A DNA stretch of 53,544 nt, the filler included, from Sphacelaria rigidula (Eukaryota), in NCBI GenBank assembly GCA_964200075.2. It is 5 parts of 5 records of this genome, joined end to end, with 100 filler letters (N's around TTAATTAATTAA, not from the genome) between each part and the next. Parts side by side here need not be neighbours in the genome. Positions count along the whole stretch, not along the records: positions 10,733 to 21,361 come from CAXNAA020006171.1; positions 21,462 to 32,089 come from CAXNAA020006172.1; 3 more parts are not named here. One strand, written 5' to 3'. Each line of letters opens with the position of its first letter. Positions within the stretch are counted from its first letter, which is position 1. Position numbers and translations under genes: made by a program. Below are positions 13,776-25,110 of this stretch, one piece after another. Under the pieces are notes generated by a model, which saw nothing but the letters and a program-made list of their open reading frames with translations, did no database searches and was not told where the DNA came from.

Positions 13776-14335
13776 GATTGGCGTCGGTTGGCAACGATGG
13801 TGTAAAACGTGTCATTCACTGCGTAAGCTAGGCAACCAGGTTACAGTTTTTTTGCCGCTCGCATTTTTTTGCGGTAACCATGATGATGGTGATCGAGCTC
13901 TATTACATGTGTTCAGGGTGGAGAATCCGAACTCCGCGCAAAAGGGGATGATCGTACTACGTGGTGTTTATGTGGTGAGACACACATGAGACAGAGTGTA
14001 ACCCGTAGCTGCCTCTGAAAGTGGCGACACCAGAAAATGGAGCAACTCATCGGAAGCTGCTATCCATATGCAAGATAATTAGAGCACTTCGGGGCGAGCC
14101 ATCCTAGTAGGATGCAGCTAACCAGTCATGCGACTCGCCGAACACATCACGGCGCTTCGCGCTTGGTGATCAATTTCAAGCCTGGTCCGGCGAAAACCCG
14201 GCGTGCTCCGTCCCGGCTTAGTAGGAATGCGAGGTGAACGGTTATATGACCATGGCATGCAAGTTCACAAGTACCCCCAACCCCCCCCCCCCTCCGACTA
14301 TGGCCTGCATGATCATGAGTACACCCCCCTCCCCG
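13776..14335 (+). mobile_element. Dispersed ~550-bp repeat family ending in GCATGATCATGAGTACACCCC
   Basis: Colinear homologue at 50572-51075, sharing TTGGCGTCGGTTGGCAA, TCACTGCGTAAGCTAGGCAACCAG, ATCCATATGCAAGATAAT and GCGCTTCGCGCTTGGTGAT. Fragments at 10563-10632 and, reversed, at 42785-42817. Confidence 0.85.
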
Positions 14336-15281
14336 CCCCCTTCCACCCAGCACCGCGCATCGATTTTTTCGGGCAAAGCACACCTTCCTCACAGCTGTTT
14401 CCATGCCAAAAACGGATAGGATGGAAACACCTGTAATCCCTAGGAAAGGCATCTTCACTTCTTTTTGATAACCTGGCCGTCCATTTTCAAAGCACAATCC
14501 TCATAAATGAGGTGATGAATTCACTCTCGAGCTCGAATTCGTGTCGAGGCTGGCCCAGCTCGTGAGTTGGTTTAGTATTTCAACAGTATACAATACTCGT
14601 AGCAACATGTGTAGCCCCTCCGGTCCGAAAGATTTGAGCCAATACGGAGTTTTGTGGCCTGCGTTTTTTGGGGACAGTACATGCAAGCCCCCTCTTCGTG
14701 CAGGAAATGTTGTCTATACTACTGTCTGTACTGTAGGGTACTGTACTACACTGTATAGCGGCACGTTTGTACATTTAAGATTAGAGAAACGCCTCCTCGT
14801 TTTGGGTTTTCGCAAGTACCCATCTCTTTGGTTGTCCTACAAAACAGTATCGAGAGACGTTCTTCGCTGAATTCAGGATATCACGACACACCAGACGATC
14901 GCATTGCATCATGTATCATGGACCAACAAGCAGGCCAGCATTCGTACTCGACCATGAAATGCGATCATAGAAAACATCTCTTATCCATCGCAACTGCAAG
15001 CTGTCAAAACAGGTGGTTCGACACACATTGTGAAACGCAAGCAAAAGTCGCTGACTCGATTTCGAACATGTTGCGCGAGAGTTGACTGACACTACTGTAC
15101 GGTTGTTCATGTGTAATCTCTCATGAGGGTGCCAATAGCAGCTCTATGATGCACCGACTGCAACGAGAAACGAAGACAAAGAACGACTGAGTCATCCTAC
15201 AGCTCATGAGAATCCTAATATGATGCAGCGATAACACGTTCCAAACCTATCTCTGCATATCAGGGCTAGCCCAAAACTCAC

Positions 15282-15433
15282 TTCCCAGCACTCATGGTCG
15301 TGATCGGAGCAGTATTTCCCATGGCATCGACGGTGCTTCTTGCGAGCTTATTTTGTGACAAACCCGGCGCAATAAATGTGAAGCCAACTGATGAGCGCGC
15401 CAGCAAAGCCGCCAAGCTAACACCCCTGAACAT
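15282..15433 (-). CDS. Probable first exon of a plastid-targeted protein of unknown function
   Basis: ATG at 15433 gives MFRGVSLAALLARSSVG-FTFIAPGLSQNKLARSTVDAMGNTAPITTMSAG. This is a short hydrophobic signal peptide, then F in an ASAFAP-like context, then an S/T/R-rich transit-like segment. It ends at a consensus donor AA|GTGAGT. Confidence 0.5.
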
Positions 15434-15639
15434 GATCGCCCGGTAGAAAATCTCGAGAAGTTCTGGCTTGAACTCTCTGGGAAAAGACCTCAGGGTAGAC
15501 ACCCGAACGGCGCGGGATGGGGGGTGTTATTCCAGGTAAAAATGGATAATGACAAACAGTGTGTCGTGTTTCTAACGCGGGAGAACATCGCACGCAGAGT
15601 ATCTAAATACGGGGTACAGTATCATGAACATCGATGTCA

Positions 15640-16870
15640 TCGAAGAGATGCGGTCGAGCCCTCGATGGATAAAGTCAAGGGAGCGGCGAAAAATCTGGCA
15701 GACGGCGAGGCCGTTGGGACGGATAGCATATATGGCGAATTATTGAAGCTCGCCCGCATCGAAGACTCTGCCATCCTGAAGGAAGTGCCTCGACGACATC
15801 GTCCTCACCGTGTGGCGTCAGGAAGTAGTGCCGCAAGAGTGGAAGACGCCATCATCGAGGTGCTTTTCAAGATATGGGGGACCCCCACGAATGCTGCAAC
15901 TGCCGCGATATTTCTCTCGGGTTCCGCGCGGGCGAGGCGGTACTCAAGATAGTTGCGCCTACTGCGAGAAGAAGGGAATCCTCCCAGAAGCACAACGCGG
16001 TTTCCGACCTGGCCGATCGACAGTCGACATGATGTTCGTTGTGCGCCAGGTCCAAGGACTGGCCATAGAAAATAATCTTCCTCTGTGATGAATCATCGCC
16101 CTCCGAAAGTTATTCGACTCAGTGGACCGCTCTCTTCTCTGAAAAGATCTAGCACGCTACGGGATCCCGGTCAAGATGATTCCCATCATCCGCCAGTTCC
16201 ACGACGGCATGCGGGCATGCGTACGCCTTGGCAGCGGCGAGACATCGAGTGGTTTAACGCTAACCAGGGCCTCCGTTAAGGAAGACTGCGTGCTTCACCC
16301 CGGGCTGTTCAACATCTTTCTCACGGCGGCGCTGACGGTGACGTTCGACCACTTCTCATCAATGAAGCGGTGGCGCAACACTTCATCCGCATCACTGAAA
16401 GAGGCGAGAAGACCAGGGACGAAGTCTGCATTGGCATCGCTTCGCGGTCCAAAGTACAGTAAGCCTGGCAAAGATGATGGTCGTCGTCGAAGTATGTGCG
16501 GAGAAACGACGGTCATCATGCATGTCCATGCGCTCCCTGAGCATGGAGACAGATACGGTCGACGTGGAGGCAGTGGGGCAGAGATATTTAAGTAAGTTGA
16601 GTATTTTCTCTACCTTGGCGGGAAAATGAGCATCATCGGTGATGTCTCTCCTGCGATCCACAGCCGCGTTGGCTAGGCCTGGACGTGTTTCTGCAAGAAG
16701 TACAGCACAGCGGTATACGACAACTCGTACGTCACCCTGGCCACCAAGGTTTGTCTCCTGAAGACTGAAGTGATCGAGGTAATGCTGTACAGCTGCATGA
16801 CCTGGACGATTGCACACGACAATTTCAGCGCGCTAAGGGAGGCTCATGGAGGTTTCCTGCTGAATTGTCG
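15640..16870 (+). pseudogene. Degenerate RTE-like non-LTR retrotransposon (LINE) reverse transcriptase
   Basis: Frameshifted pieces give AVGTDSIYGELLK, VVPQEWK, ILPEAQRGFRPGRSTVDMMFVVRQVQ, IIRQFHDGMRACVR, NQGLR..CVLHPGLFNIF and EVMLYSCMTWT. These are typical LINE RT segments. There are many stops and frameshifts, and the YADD region appears deleted. Confidence 0.9.
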
Positions 16871-19012
16871 AGACGTCAGCTCATTCAAGAATGTTTATCT
16901 CAACGTGGGCTATCCCCGGCGAGTATTCCAGATGGACATCCACATGGTTCTCCCACTTGGATGTCCCAGATGCATGTGCCAGGGGGTGTTTACATTTGTA
17001 TATATACTGTATATCCAAGATGGACTCTTACATCCCAGATGATGAGAATCCTAGATGGATACGTTATCTCCCAGATGAATATCAATTTGCAATGTACATG
17101 ATTACAAGAGAATATCGAGCAGTAACAGCACCTGCAAGGGGGGCGAAAGGCACCGGTGACTGGTATTCGTGAAAAAATCCCGTTCCCGTTTTTCAGGAGG
17201 ACCACGTCTGACATCCACTTCCGGATGAAGGTTGCACCATAAGGCGCAACATTGCAGATTGATTCTGTATCCATAGATTACATTTGAGAAGTGATTATAT
17301 CTATCTTTCCCCACTTAGTCCTGCACGTTCCAGATCCATGTCGCAGAGTATCCCATTCCAGAAGAAGGTGGTCCTGTTCTCTTCGCTGTAGTGGTCTGCT
17401 GTAGAATCGGCGTTTTTCCCGTCCGAGGTTTTACGTTGATTGTACATTCCCTTGACTGTATCCTTGGAAAACACTATCTCAGTTCAGCTTGGCGACGTAC
17501 CCCCACCAGAGAAGTGATGGCTGTTGTGGTGGTCATAGGGAAATATTCCATGTTTTAACCACGAGTACTGTACTGTATGAACAAAAATAGCTGATGCATG
17601 GCTTGGAGAAATATGTTTCTGAACAAAACGTCTCCTTCTGAATAATCATCGAAACACCGGCAGATAGTTCTAGATAATATGGTGCCGTTTCGGCGAGTAT
17701 ATCGACACCGCCTGGACGGTCAGAGGGTCAGACTGCCTAGGGATACCCATGTCTTGAAGCAGCACTAGCTTCACCTCAACAATTTATCAGGCTTAGATAT
17801 CCATGTGCGGACCCTCAAAGTTTGCAAGAGATTGAGTTTACGCGCACTGGTATTGCTCCATGCGCAGAGAAAAAAAACGGCGGAGAAGTTCGGAGAAATC
17901 CCGCTAATGGAACGACATAGCGGTCGCTTCCTTCCTCAAGAAAATTGCACTTCATTACTTGTTGTGCGTCAAAGGTGATCGCGATCACGGGTTGTTGATT
18001 GTTTGCGGTGGAGTTGTTATTCTCCCATTAGCTCTACAGCGTGTCCGGCACACGAGCCTCGGAAGGAAGAGCCGCACATACGCTGAAACACGCTCCCAAG
18101 TAGTGCCTCGGCCAGGTGCCATATATGTTTCGTATGTAGCTCCGGCGCAAGATGTGTAATTTCAGTACAGTTCGCGGCGGTACTGGATGTGTGGGTCATT
18201 TTCCCACTATGATTTTCGTGCGGTGAAACACCTAGAACAGCGTTAAGGGAAATAACGGGTTCCGGTATCGTTTCGGAGCTGCAGATAGAGTGGAGGGATT
18301 GATTAGGCTTGGGCCGACACATCGAACATGTGCAAGTCACTTGAGCGATCTTGACGCCCTCGCTGTTGAACCTCAGACAATACTACACTGTGCCGCCCGC
18401 AGGGAAGACGCGGCCGCGAAAGACTTGAGGTTCAAGTGACGAAACCTGCGATTTTGAGCACTATCCTTGACTGAGATTTTCCTTGGAATTGCAAAAGCGA
18501 CGTAGACCACCATCGTAAAACATTCATGCGACATTACTCGTGTCACGAGCGGTAAGCGAAAATTAGACACAAGACACGGACTCCCTGATAGCACACCAAC
18601 ATCAGAGTTTTTTTTCTCGAAAATGTATCTTCTTCCGTATAGCTATTGGTAAGCATATCGTTCGGCCCCCCAAGCTCAACGTGCTGGCGGTGCCATCCGA
18701 CGCTAGAAAGCGTACAGTACATACATTTCCAACATTTGAGTGAAGAAAAAAAACACTTTCCGACCGAACTAAATAATCTGTAAACGACAAATCTAGAATT
18801 GACAAGTAAAGACGGGTGTCTAACACAAATAAATTGACGAGTAATACAGTACAATTCCTGAAAACACGATTAGTATGTAGAGTGAGCGTTTCCAGCCGAC
18901 GCAACAACTTCCACCGCACAACACGGACGCCGTGCGCACAGGGGTAAGTCTTATCATCATACCAAAGATACTCGGGATAGAGTAGAGTACGACACTCCAG
19001 GAACGAAGTATT

Positions 19013-19124
19013 TTTCACACCCTCGACCATACATGGTCAAAAGTTGCAATAGGACTATGCTTCATGCAGTGAATTTTCTGTCTAATGCGACAATACACTA
19101 CATATATCTTTGTCCAGGGTGTGA
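19013..19124. mobile_element. Small MITE, TCACACCCTGGACA family (shortened copy)
   Basis: TCACACCCTCGAC...TTGTCCAGGGTGTGA ends; the internal sequence matches the other copies. Confidence 0.65.
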
Positions 19125-19689
19125 TATTCTCGGAGTATTTTCTTCAATGCAAAGGACCTGGAGTATCGACTGCCGGTAATATCGGGGTACGATGCCTCTT
19201 TTTCACAATGTTTGATTGCCATCTGGCAGTCCAGATCCATGACAAACGTCATCACTGGTATCGATTCACAACGTACTCATACCCGGGTGTATCTTCGCAG
19301 CTATTAATAGGAACCGGGCCCATACAACACAGGAGAAACCCAATGACAACACCCTTGGAGGCAGCTGTGCCACACAAGGACGCCCCCCCTCTCCCCTCTC
19401 CCCCCTCCCCGTCCCAAGACACCATCTACATGATCTACACTCAAGTATTCTCACTCCTCACGCGGCTATGAGCAGCAGACGATTGGAGGAAGAACCATTA
19501 AAAAAAAGCGAGCAAGAACCCCCCAGCAGAAACATTTTTTTCCACCTCATGATAAGCACACACTTGCACACACACACACATACGTACTTGCATCCCTCAA
19601 ACGTCGCGCCCCAATTTCAGTACGATTCGACAAACCTACATCTCATATTCGTGAGAGCTCTACTCCGTACGACTCCATCATGACTTCAT

Positions 19690-20315
19690 TTATGCTGCAG
19701 TCTTCCCCTCTCCAACAACCACCTTCGGTGCTTCGCTAGAATCGTTTTGCTCCTCAGCTTCAGCCGGCGTCGCAACGGATGGTCGTGGCGCCGGCTCCTC
19801 AACCGCTTCCTCCCCCAACACCTTCGCCATGAGCTGATTCAGCCTGTTGCAACGGCGGTATGAAAGCATGCGCACAGGAAGGGTTGCTCGCAAGACCACG
19901 CGAGTAAAGAAAGATATTCTAGCACAGATAACAGTGAGTAAATGACAACATAAAACAGGCGGGTATATTCAGCGAACCACGATAAAAAATCAGCATGAAA
20001 GTTATGGGAAATGGACGTTCGTCAAACGCGAACCCAACAATCTACTCGATCTGATTCCATGACTTACGCGACACATGTTGCCCCAGCACAACTACCATCT
20101 CCCCACAAACAGATGACTGAAAATACCGCGAAACGACGGACCAGACAACACCGACATGGCCCATCATAGTACGTGTGCCAGACTTGAAACGGAACAAGAC
20201 GAATCACCTGGGCAGCATCACTCGACTGTCATCCATCAATCCCGCCGCCACGAGAGAGTTATCGAAGACCTGCTCAGCGATCATCTGCGCAAGGTTTGGG
20301 TCCGCGCTCTTCGTC
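19690..20315 (-). CDS. TRAP1: Hsp90-family chaperone TRAP1/Hsp75 (mitochondrial HtpG-like), last two exons: 20315-20208 and 19843-19690
   Basis: The spliced product TKSADPNLAQMIAEQVFDNSLVAAGLMDDSRVMLPR|LNQLMAKVLGEE...KTAA* fits the TRAP1/HtpG C-terminal consensus (EQxFDNAxxAAGLxDDxRxMxxRLNxL). Splice sites are canonical and phase-2 compatible. There is no MEEVD or HDEL tail. Confidence 0.85.
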
Positions 20316-20579
20316 CTGTGCAGCCGAACCATCAACGGGTGCCTGTGTGCAGCGTGTTTCGACCCCGGTTCACATGATGAAAAACAAACAGCGCAATAAC
20401 AGAGGGTCACAACATAGTCACCAGCAAAGTAAAGCGTACACGCCATATCGTAAGAGTGATTCTTCATAGCGGGACAAACCCTTCAATGAAAAGCGAAAAA
20501 AGCGAGACAAACCGAGGCACGAGATCCTCCACTTCTTAGTAATACAGGCTGGGTCGCCCAAGAAGCGTACAGGGATGTG

Positions 20580-21219
20580 AACACGCGACTTGACAGCTGA
20601 GTTTCACGTTGTTTTTTTCATGAAATTTTGACACGATGTACAGGATGTATGTACTAAGACGCCACTTTGTCTTCCACATATTTTTTTTTCTTTTTCAAGT
20701 TATTCACGATTTTGTTCCGAAAAACTGTTCTGAAATGTTTTGTCGCCGATAACTCACGGGGGAAAAACAGAAAATGTAGAGAGGAAAAAGTGGCGTCCTC
20801 ACACATACCATGTACATCGTGTCAAAATTTCATTGAAAACGACCTGAAACTCAGCTTTTAAATCGCGTGTTCGTGTCCAAGACTCGTTCTTATGTGGAGA
20901 TGAACTGGCGACGATAAAATGAAACGCGGTCGTGCTGTTGAATTTCAAGTATTTTTTCACGAAATTTCGACATGATGTGCATGAGGTATGTTTTGGACTC
21001 CCCATTGTTCCCCCTTCACATTTTTTCAATGAGTTGTCGACGCTTTTGCACCAGAAAAAAGTGTTCCGAAATTTAGATCACCAATGACATACGAGGAAAC
21101 ATACGAGGAAAAAAAGAAAAGAAGAGGGAGCGGACGGTAGGGGATTCACATATACCACATGTATACCGTGTCAAAATTTCATGGAAAAAAACTTCAACTT
21201 GAGCGGTGAAATCGCGTTT
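20580..21219. mobile_element. Two adjacent copies of a ~290-bp fold-back MITE (about 20580-20870 and 20922-21219)
   Basis: The first copy has inverted ends AACACGCGA..AGCTGAGTTTCA..ATGAAATTTTGACACGATGTAC / GTACATCGTGTCAAAATTTCAT..TGAAACTCAGCT..TCGCGTGTT. The second is a diverged copy with the same layout. Confidence 0.75.
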
Positions 21220-21361
21220 TTCTGCCGAGAACCGGTTTACTTGGTTTAATAATACAATAAACTCAGCCGGAACTTTGACGTTTTCTACGAGCGCGACGCC
21301 TTGGCGCGCTGGAGGTCTCGTCTGCGTGCCATTTCAGACACTGCGCGCCTACAGTACGACA

Positions 21362-21461
21362 NNNNNNNNNNNNNNNNNNNNNNNNNNNNNNNNNNNNNNN
21401 NNNNNTTAATTAATTAANNNNNNNNNNNNNNNNNNNNNNNNNNNNNNNNNNNNNNNNNNNN
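21362..21461. other. Artificial contig-joining linker
   Basis: N44-TTAATTAATTAA-N44. Confidence 0.99.
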
Positions 21462-21528
21462 TAGGGTGTCCTCATGATCATGCATGCCATGGCCTGACTA
21501 TGGCATGCATGATCATGAGGACACCCTA
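21462..21528. repeat. Perfect 29-bp inverted repeat with a 9-nt loop (candidate minimal MITE flanked by TA)
   Basis: TAGGGTGTCCTCATGATCATGCATGCCAT-ggcctgact-ATGGCATGCATGATCATGAGGACACCCTA. Confidence 0.9.
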
Positions 21529-22652
21529 TCGCAGGATGACTCTCAGAGCGGGTGACACAAGCCTCTCCCAATCATATCTTATATCCACCTCTGAGAGCAT
21601 ATGTTTCCCACCAGCAACCTGAGCTTCCACTGACATGAAAACGTGGAGATGTTCATTCGTTTGGCAACATATTTAACATGTTCCCAATGTACAAGCTGAT
21701 CACCATTCTACACTCGTGCAAGTTTCAGATCTCGGCCCCTTTCCGACACCGGTTCTGAAAACAGTCACTCCGTTTCGGAAGTCTAGTCACTTGCGCTGTT
21801 ATGCCAAAAGGCGTTGAGGTAGAACGTGTGGGAAACGAGCGGCTTCATGCGCGTTGTGGAGTCGGCGACCTCGGCTGGCATGCTGCTGCCGAAGAAGTAT
21901 TTTCCTGTCCGGAATGGTTGACATATCCAAGGTCGTCTTCTGTAGGGCATACCGGCCGAAATTCAGGTAATTACATAAGTAAAAAAATAGGCATTTTATC
22001 GGTGAATATCCTTCCGGACCATACTGGAATGTTCGCAACAGGGCTTGACATTCTGCCAAACCATACCGGAGTATTCGGTACACATTTCGGTACGGCTTGG
22101 TGCAATGACGCCAACCAAAAATCCCCCGCTTTCGGGTGTACCATACAGAACCCAGTCTTGAAAAACCGATCTTCAAACACGGTCAGGAAATATCCGCGCC
22201 CACCCAAATCTGCCAGAGCGACTCCAAGTCGACTGCAACTCCGCAAACGTGGTTCTGCGCTGAATTTTTCGCCAAACATTTCACCGATTTCGGTGCTCGT
22301 CCCATCGCTGCTCGTCTCATCAGTCTCGCATCATGATATAGATCAAATGGAACAAGATGTGCTGGTCGATTTTGATATGTAACCCCTGTATTGTTTCGAC
22401 GTCGTAGCTCTCTGTAGGGCGCTGACTGCGTAGGGGCAATATGGTGGTAATTAAAGAACACCAAATGTTGCAAAAAATCTCGATGGAACAAACTGTTGTT
22501 TTGTGCGGGCTCTATTCATCACAACTGGGTTCACGCCCCTCCAACTAATTTCGGCCGCATGTCGATTCTCACAACTGGGTTTACGCCCCTCCAACTGATT
22601 TCGGCCGCGTGTCGACTATCACAGTCATTTTTATATTCGAAAAAACACTCAC

Positions 22653-22959
22653 CGCGCCCCGGTGGTGTAATGGTCCGACTGTCGTCATTAGGGTGGAGAG
22701 AACGGGGGTTCGATTCCCGATGCCTTGGTTTTTTTCTTCATAATGTATGATTTCCACCGTGGAAAGCGTGAGAACGTGAGTAAACAAACGTAGTCAACTG
22801 GGTTTGTATGACGAGAGTTGACGCGGTGCGGGAGTGCTGATCCAATCCGCGAGATCAAAATGTAACGCACGTACCGGGGGAGAGATGGGTAGATACCTTG
22901 AGACCACGGACTCATCCCGAGGAAAGGGAGGGGTTCAAAGTGTGAGGGGAAAAAAAAAA
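22653..22959 (+). mobile_element. tRNA-derived SINE, family A
   Basis: Pol III A box (GGTGGTGTAATGGT) and B box (GGTTCGATTCCC) head. Conserved 3' body GAGAGATGGGTAGAT..GAGACCACGGACTC..GGAAAGGGAGGGG and an A-rich tail. Homologues at 35250-35577 and 49941-50217. Confidence 0.85.
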
Positions 22960-23209
22960 CTGTAGGGTATGCCGAGGTAGGAAATCATTGTCTCGGCCAT
23001 GTCAGACGGGAAACGTATTTTGTACTATATCCACATGCCAACCCAAATCATGGACTTTGCAACGCACCTTGCCGTTTCCTGCTTGCATGTTTCAGTTAAA
23101 ACTTCATTCGCGGAAGGCATGAGTGACCAGACTTACGAAACAGAGGTAATGCCATGCAGTACGCTATTCAGGGCGGGTGGTTGCCGCAGTTGCCCTTTCC
23201 CTTCCTTAC

Positions 23210-25079
23210 CTCTGGCTGCTGGGCGGCAAATACGCACTCCCTGAATAAAAATGCCGTCCGTTCGGCCGTGCTAACCCCCCTGTCGGCCCACCATCGACAG
23301 AACGACCGCCATTTGTTCCTTGATACCATATCAGTCTCGCACCGCGCAAGATCGTCCGCTGTCGGCGTGTCGAGCCCAGCCTTCCGCGCCGCACGCGCCA
23401 CGACAGGGTCGCTGAGGGCCGCGAGGGCTTCGACCACCTTCTCCTCCTCCCGTAAGTCATCCCACGGGACATCAAGCTCTTCGTCAGGCTCTGAAGCAGT
23501 CCTGGTGTCCAAACGCGTGGCCGCCACGAGGGCAGCAGACATGCCTGACGGCGCAGACTCCACTGAAAAAAAATGGTCATACTCCATACTGTCCACTGCT
23601 CCCGCCCCATCACCGCCGCCGCCACCTCCAGCACCACCTACTCGCCCACCCCCGTGCTCAGCATAGGCGTACAGCGCGTATTCACGCTCCGGCGATAGAT
23701 CGGTCAATAAGAGCCGAAGGGGCACGTCGGGGTTCGTTACAGTCCCAGTGGTCCACGCGACGATGCCCGCTCCGACACCGTTTTGAACGACCGCGGGCGG
23801 CGGGTGAGGGGGGCGGGGCGACGATTGCTGGGCTTCATCGTCGGACACGGTTTCAACAGCTACCACGTACACGTCCCCTCTTTTCGTAAGGTAGAGAGAC
23901 ACGGATACCGTGTTCCATCCCTCCGAGTCGACGGCAAATTCCTCTATGACAGGCGGCGCGCACGCCTTGTTGAGGGCGTCCTGAAAAAATCAAGTCGCCC
24001 ACCATGACAGATTAGCCTCGACGGAAGCAGGAGCAACACCATGTGGGACTGAGTAAATGCCATGCTTCGGGTTTGGGGGCAGAGATGGCAGCTCAGCTTA
24101 AGGCGAAGACAAAAAATTAGGGGGAAATGTCATCTCGCATGTGTGACGCATTCGGGCGAGCTGCTCTTCGAAAGATAGGGCAAGGAGCGGGAGCCCTCCT
24201 TCGTGATAGAAGATAGTGATCGTGGTCGGTATTGCTATGTAGGCAGGCACTTTCGATGCGCGATTACCGCTGGAGTACATAAAGGTACACAGCATTACAC
24301 TAGGTTCCCCTGAGGCGAAAAATATTCCCGGCCCATTTTAGTGCAAAAACATGAGTCACTCGCCTCCATGCTCTCGTAGAAGGCGCACATGTCCTGACAC
24401 ACCATCTTTCCTCGTTGCCGCCCGCCATGAGCTTGGCGGAAGAGGGATTTCACCTACATTCATGGTAAAAACAATTTGCGCGGTCAAAAGCTGTTCGCAT
24501 CAAACGCTTTCATTACAGGGATGGCAATTCACTTACAGTGGAAACATGAGCCGTGTAAAACGTCAAGATATCAGGCATCGCTCCAGGAAGCTCAAAAGCT
24601 TTAGGTGGGTTGTAGTCCCTCGTACCGGATGGTTCGGATACCCCGCATTTCGGCAGATTGAGCATCCGAACACTGATTCCGCGAACAGATTTCACGTCAC
24701 GGTGCTGTATGCATCACGTCTTGTGTTTTTACATGAAAAATACATCTTGGTACGTTTTCCCCCGCCATGGTACTTATGCGTGAAACCTGCAGAAGAGAGC
24801 GAGATCGCAATACACCCAACAATCACGAGGATTCACGTCGATACTTATACTGTCTCCTCCCTTGTCCGTGCGCCCGCCAGCTATACTAATGATGAAGTTT
24901 TACAATATCCGCCTCGCCTGGTACTGCGAAACCAAGCCCCTCTCGATGGCGCCAGAAACATAGTCCCATTTAGCAATGCCTTCGTGAGCCAGGAGGACTC
25001 GTCCACCCGAAATGTCTACGAACACTTGTCGCAGCAACCTCGATCGTGGCGACAGACGCGCCCACTCCGCAGCTTCAGC

Positions 25080-25110
<31 letters not shown>

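Noticed and set aside
22653..22725. Functional tRNA gene (also 35250, 38935, 44169, 49941)
   Set aside because: A/B boxes are present but I could not fold convincing acceptor and anticodon stems. Each head continues into a shared ~250-300-bp body, so these are SINEs.
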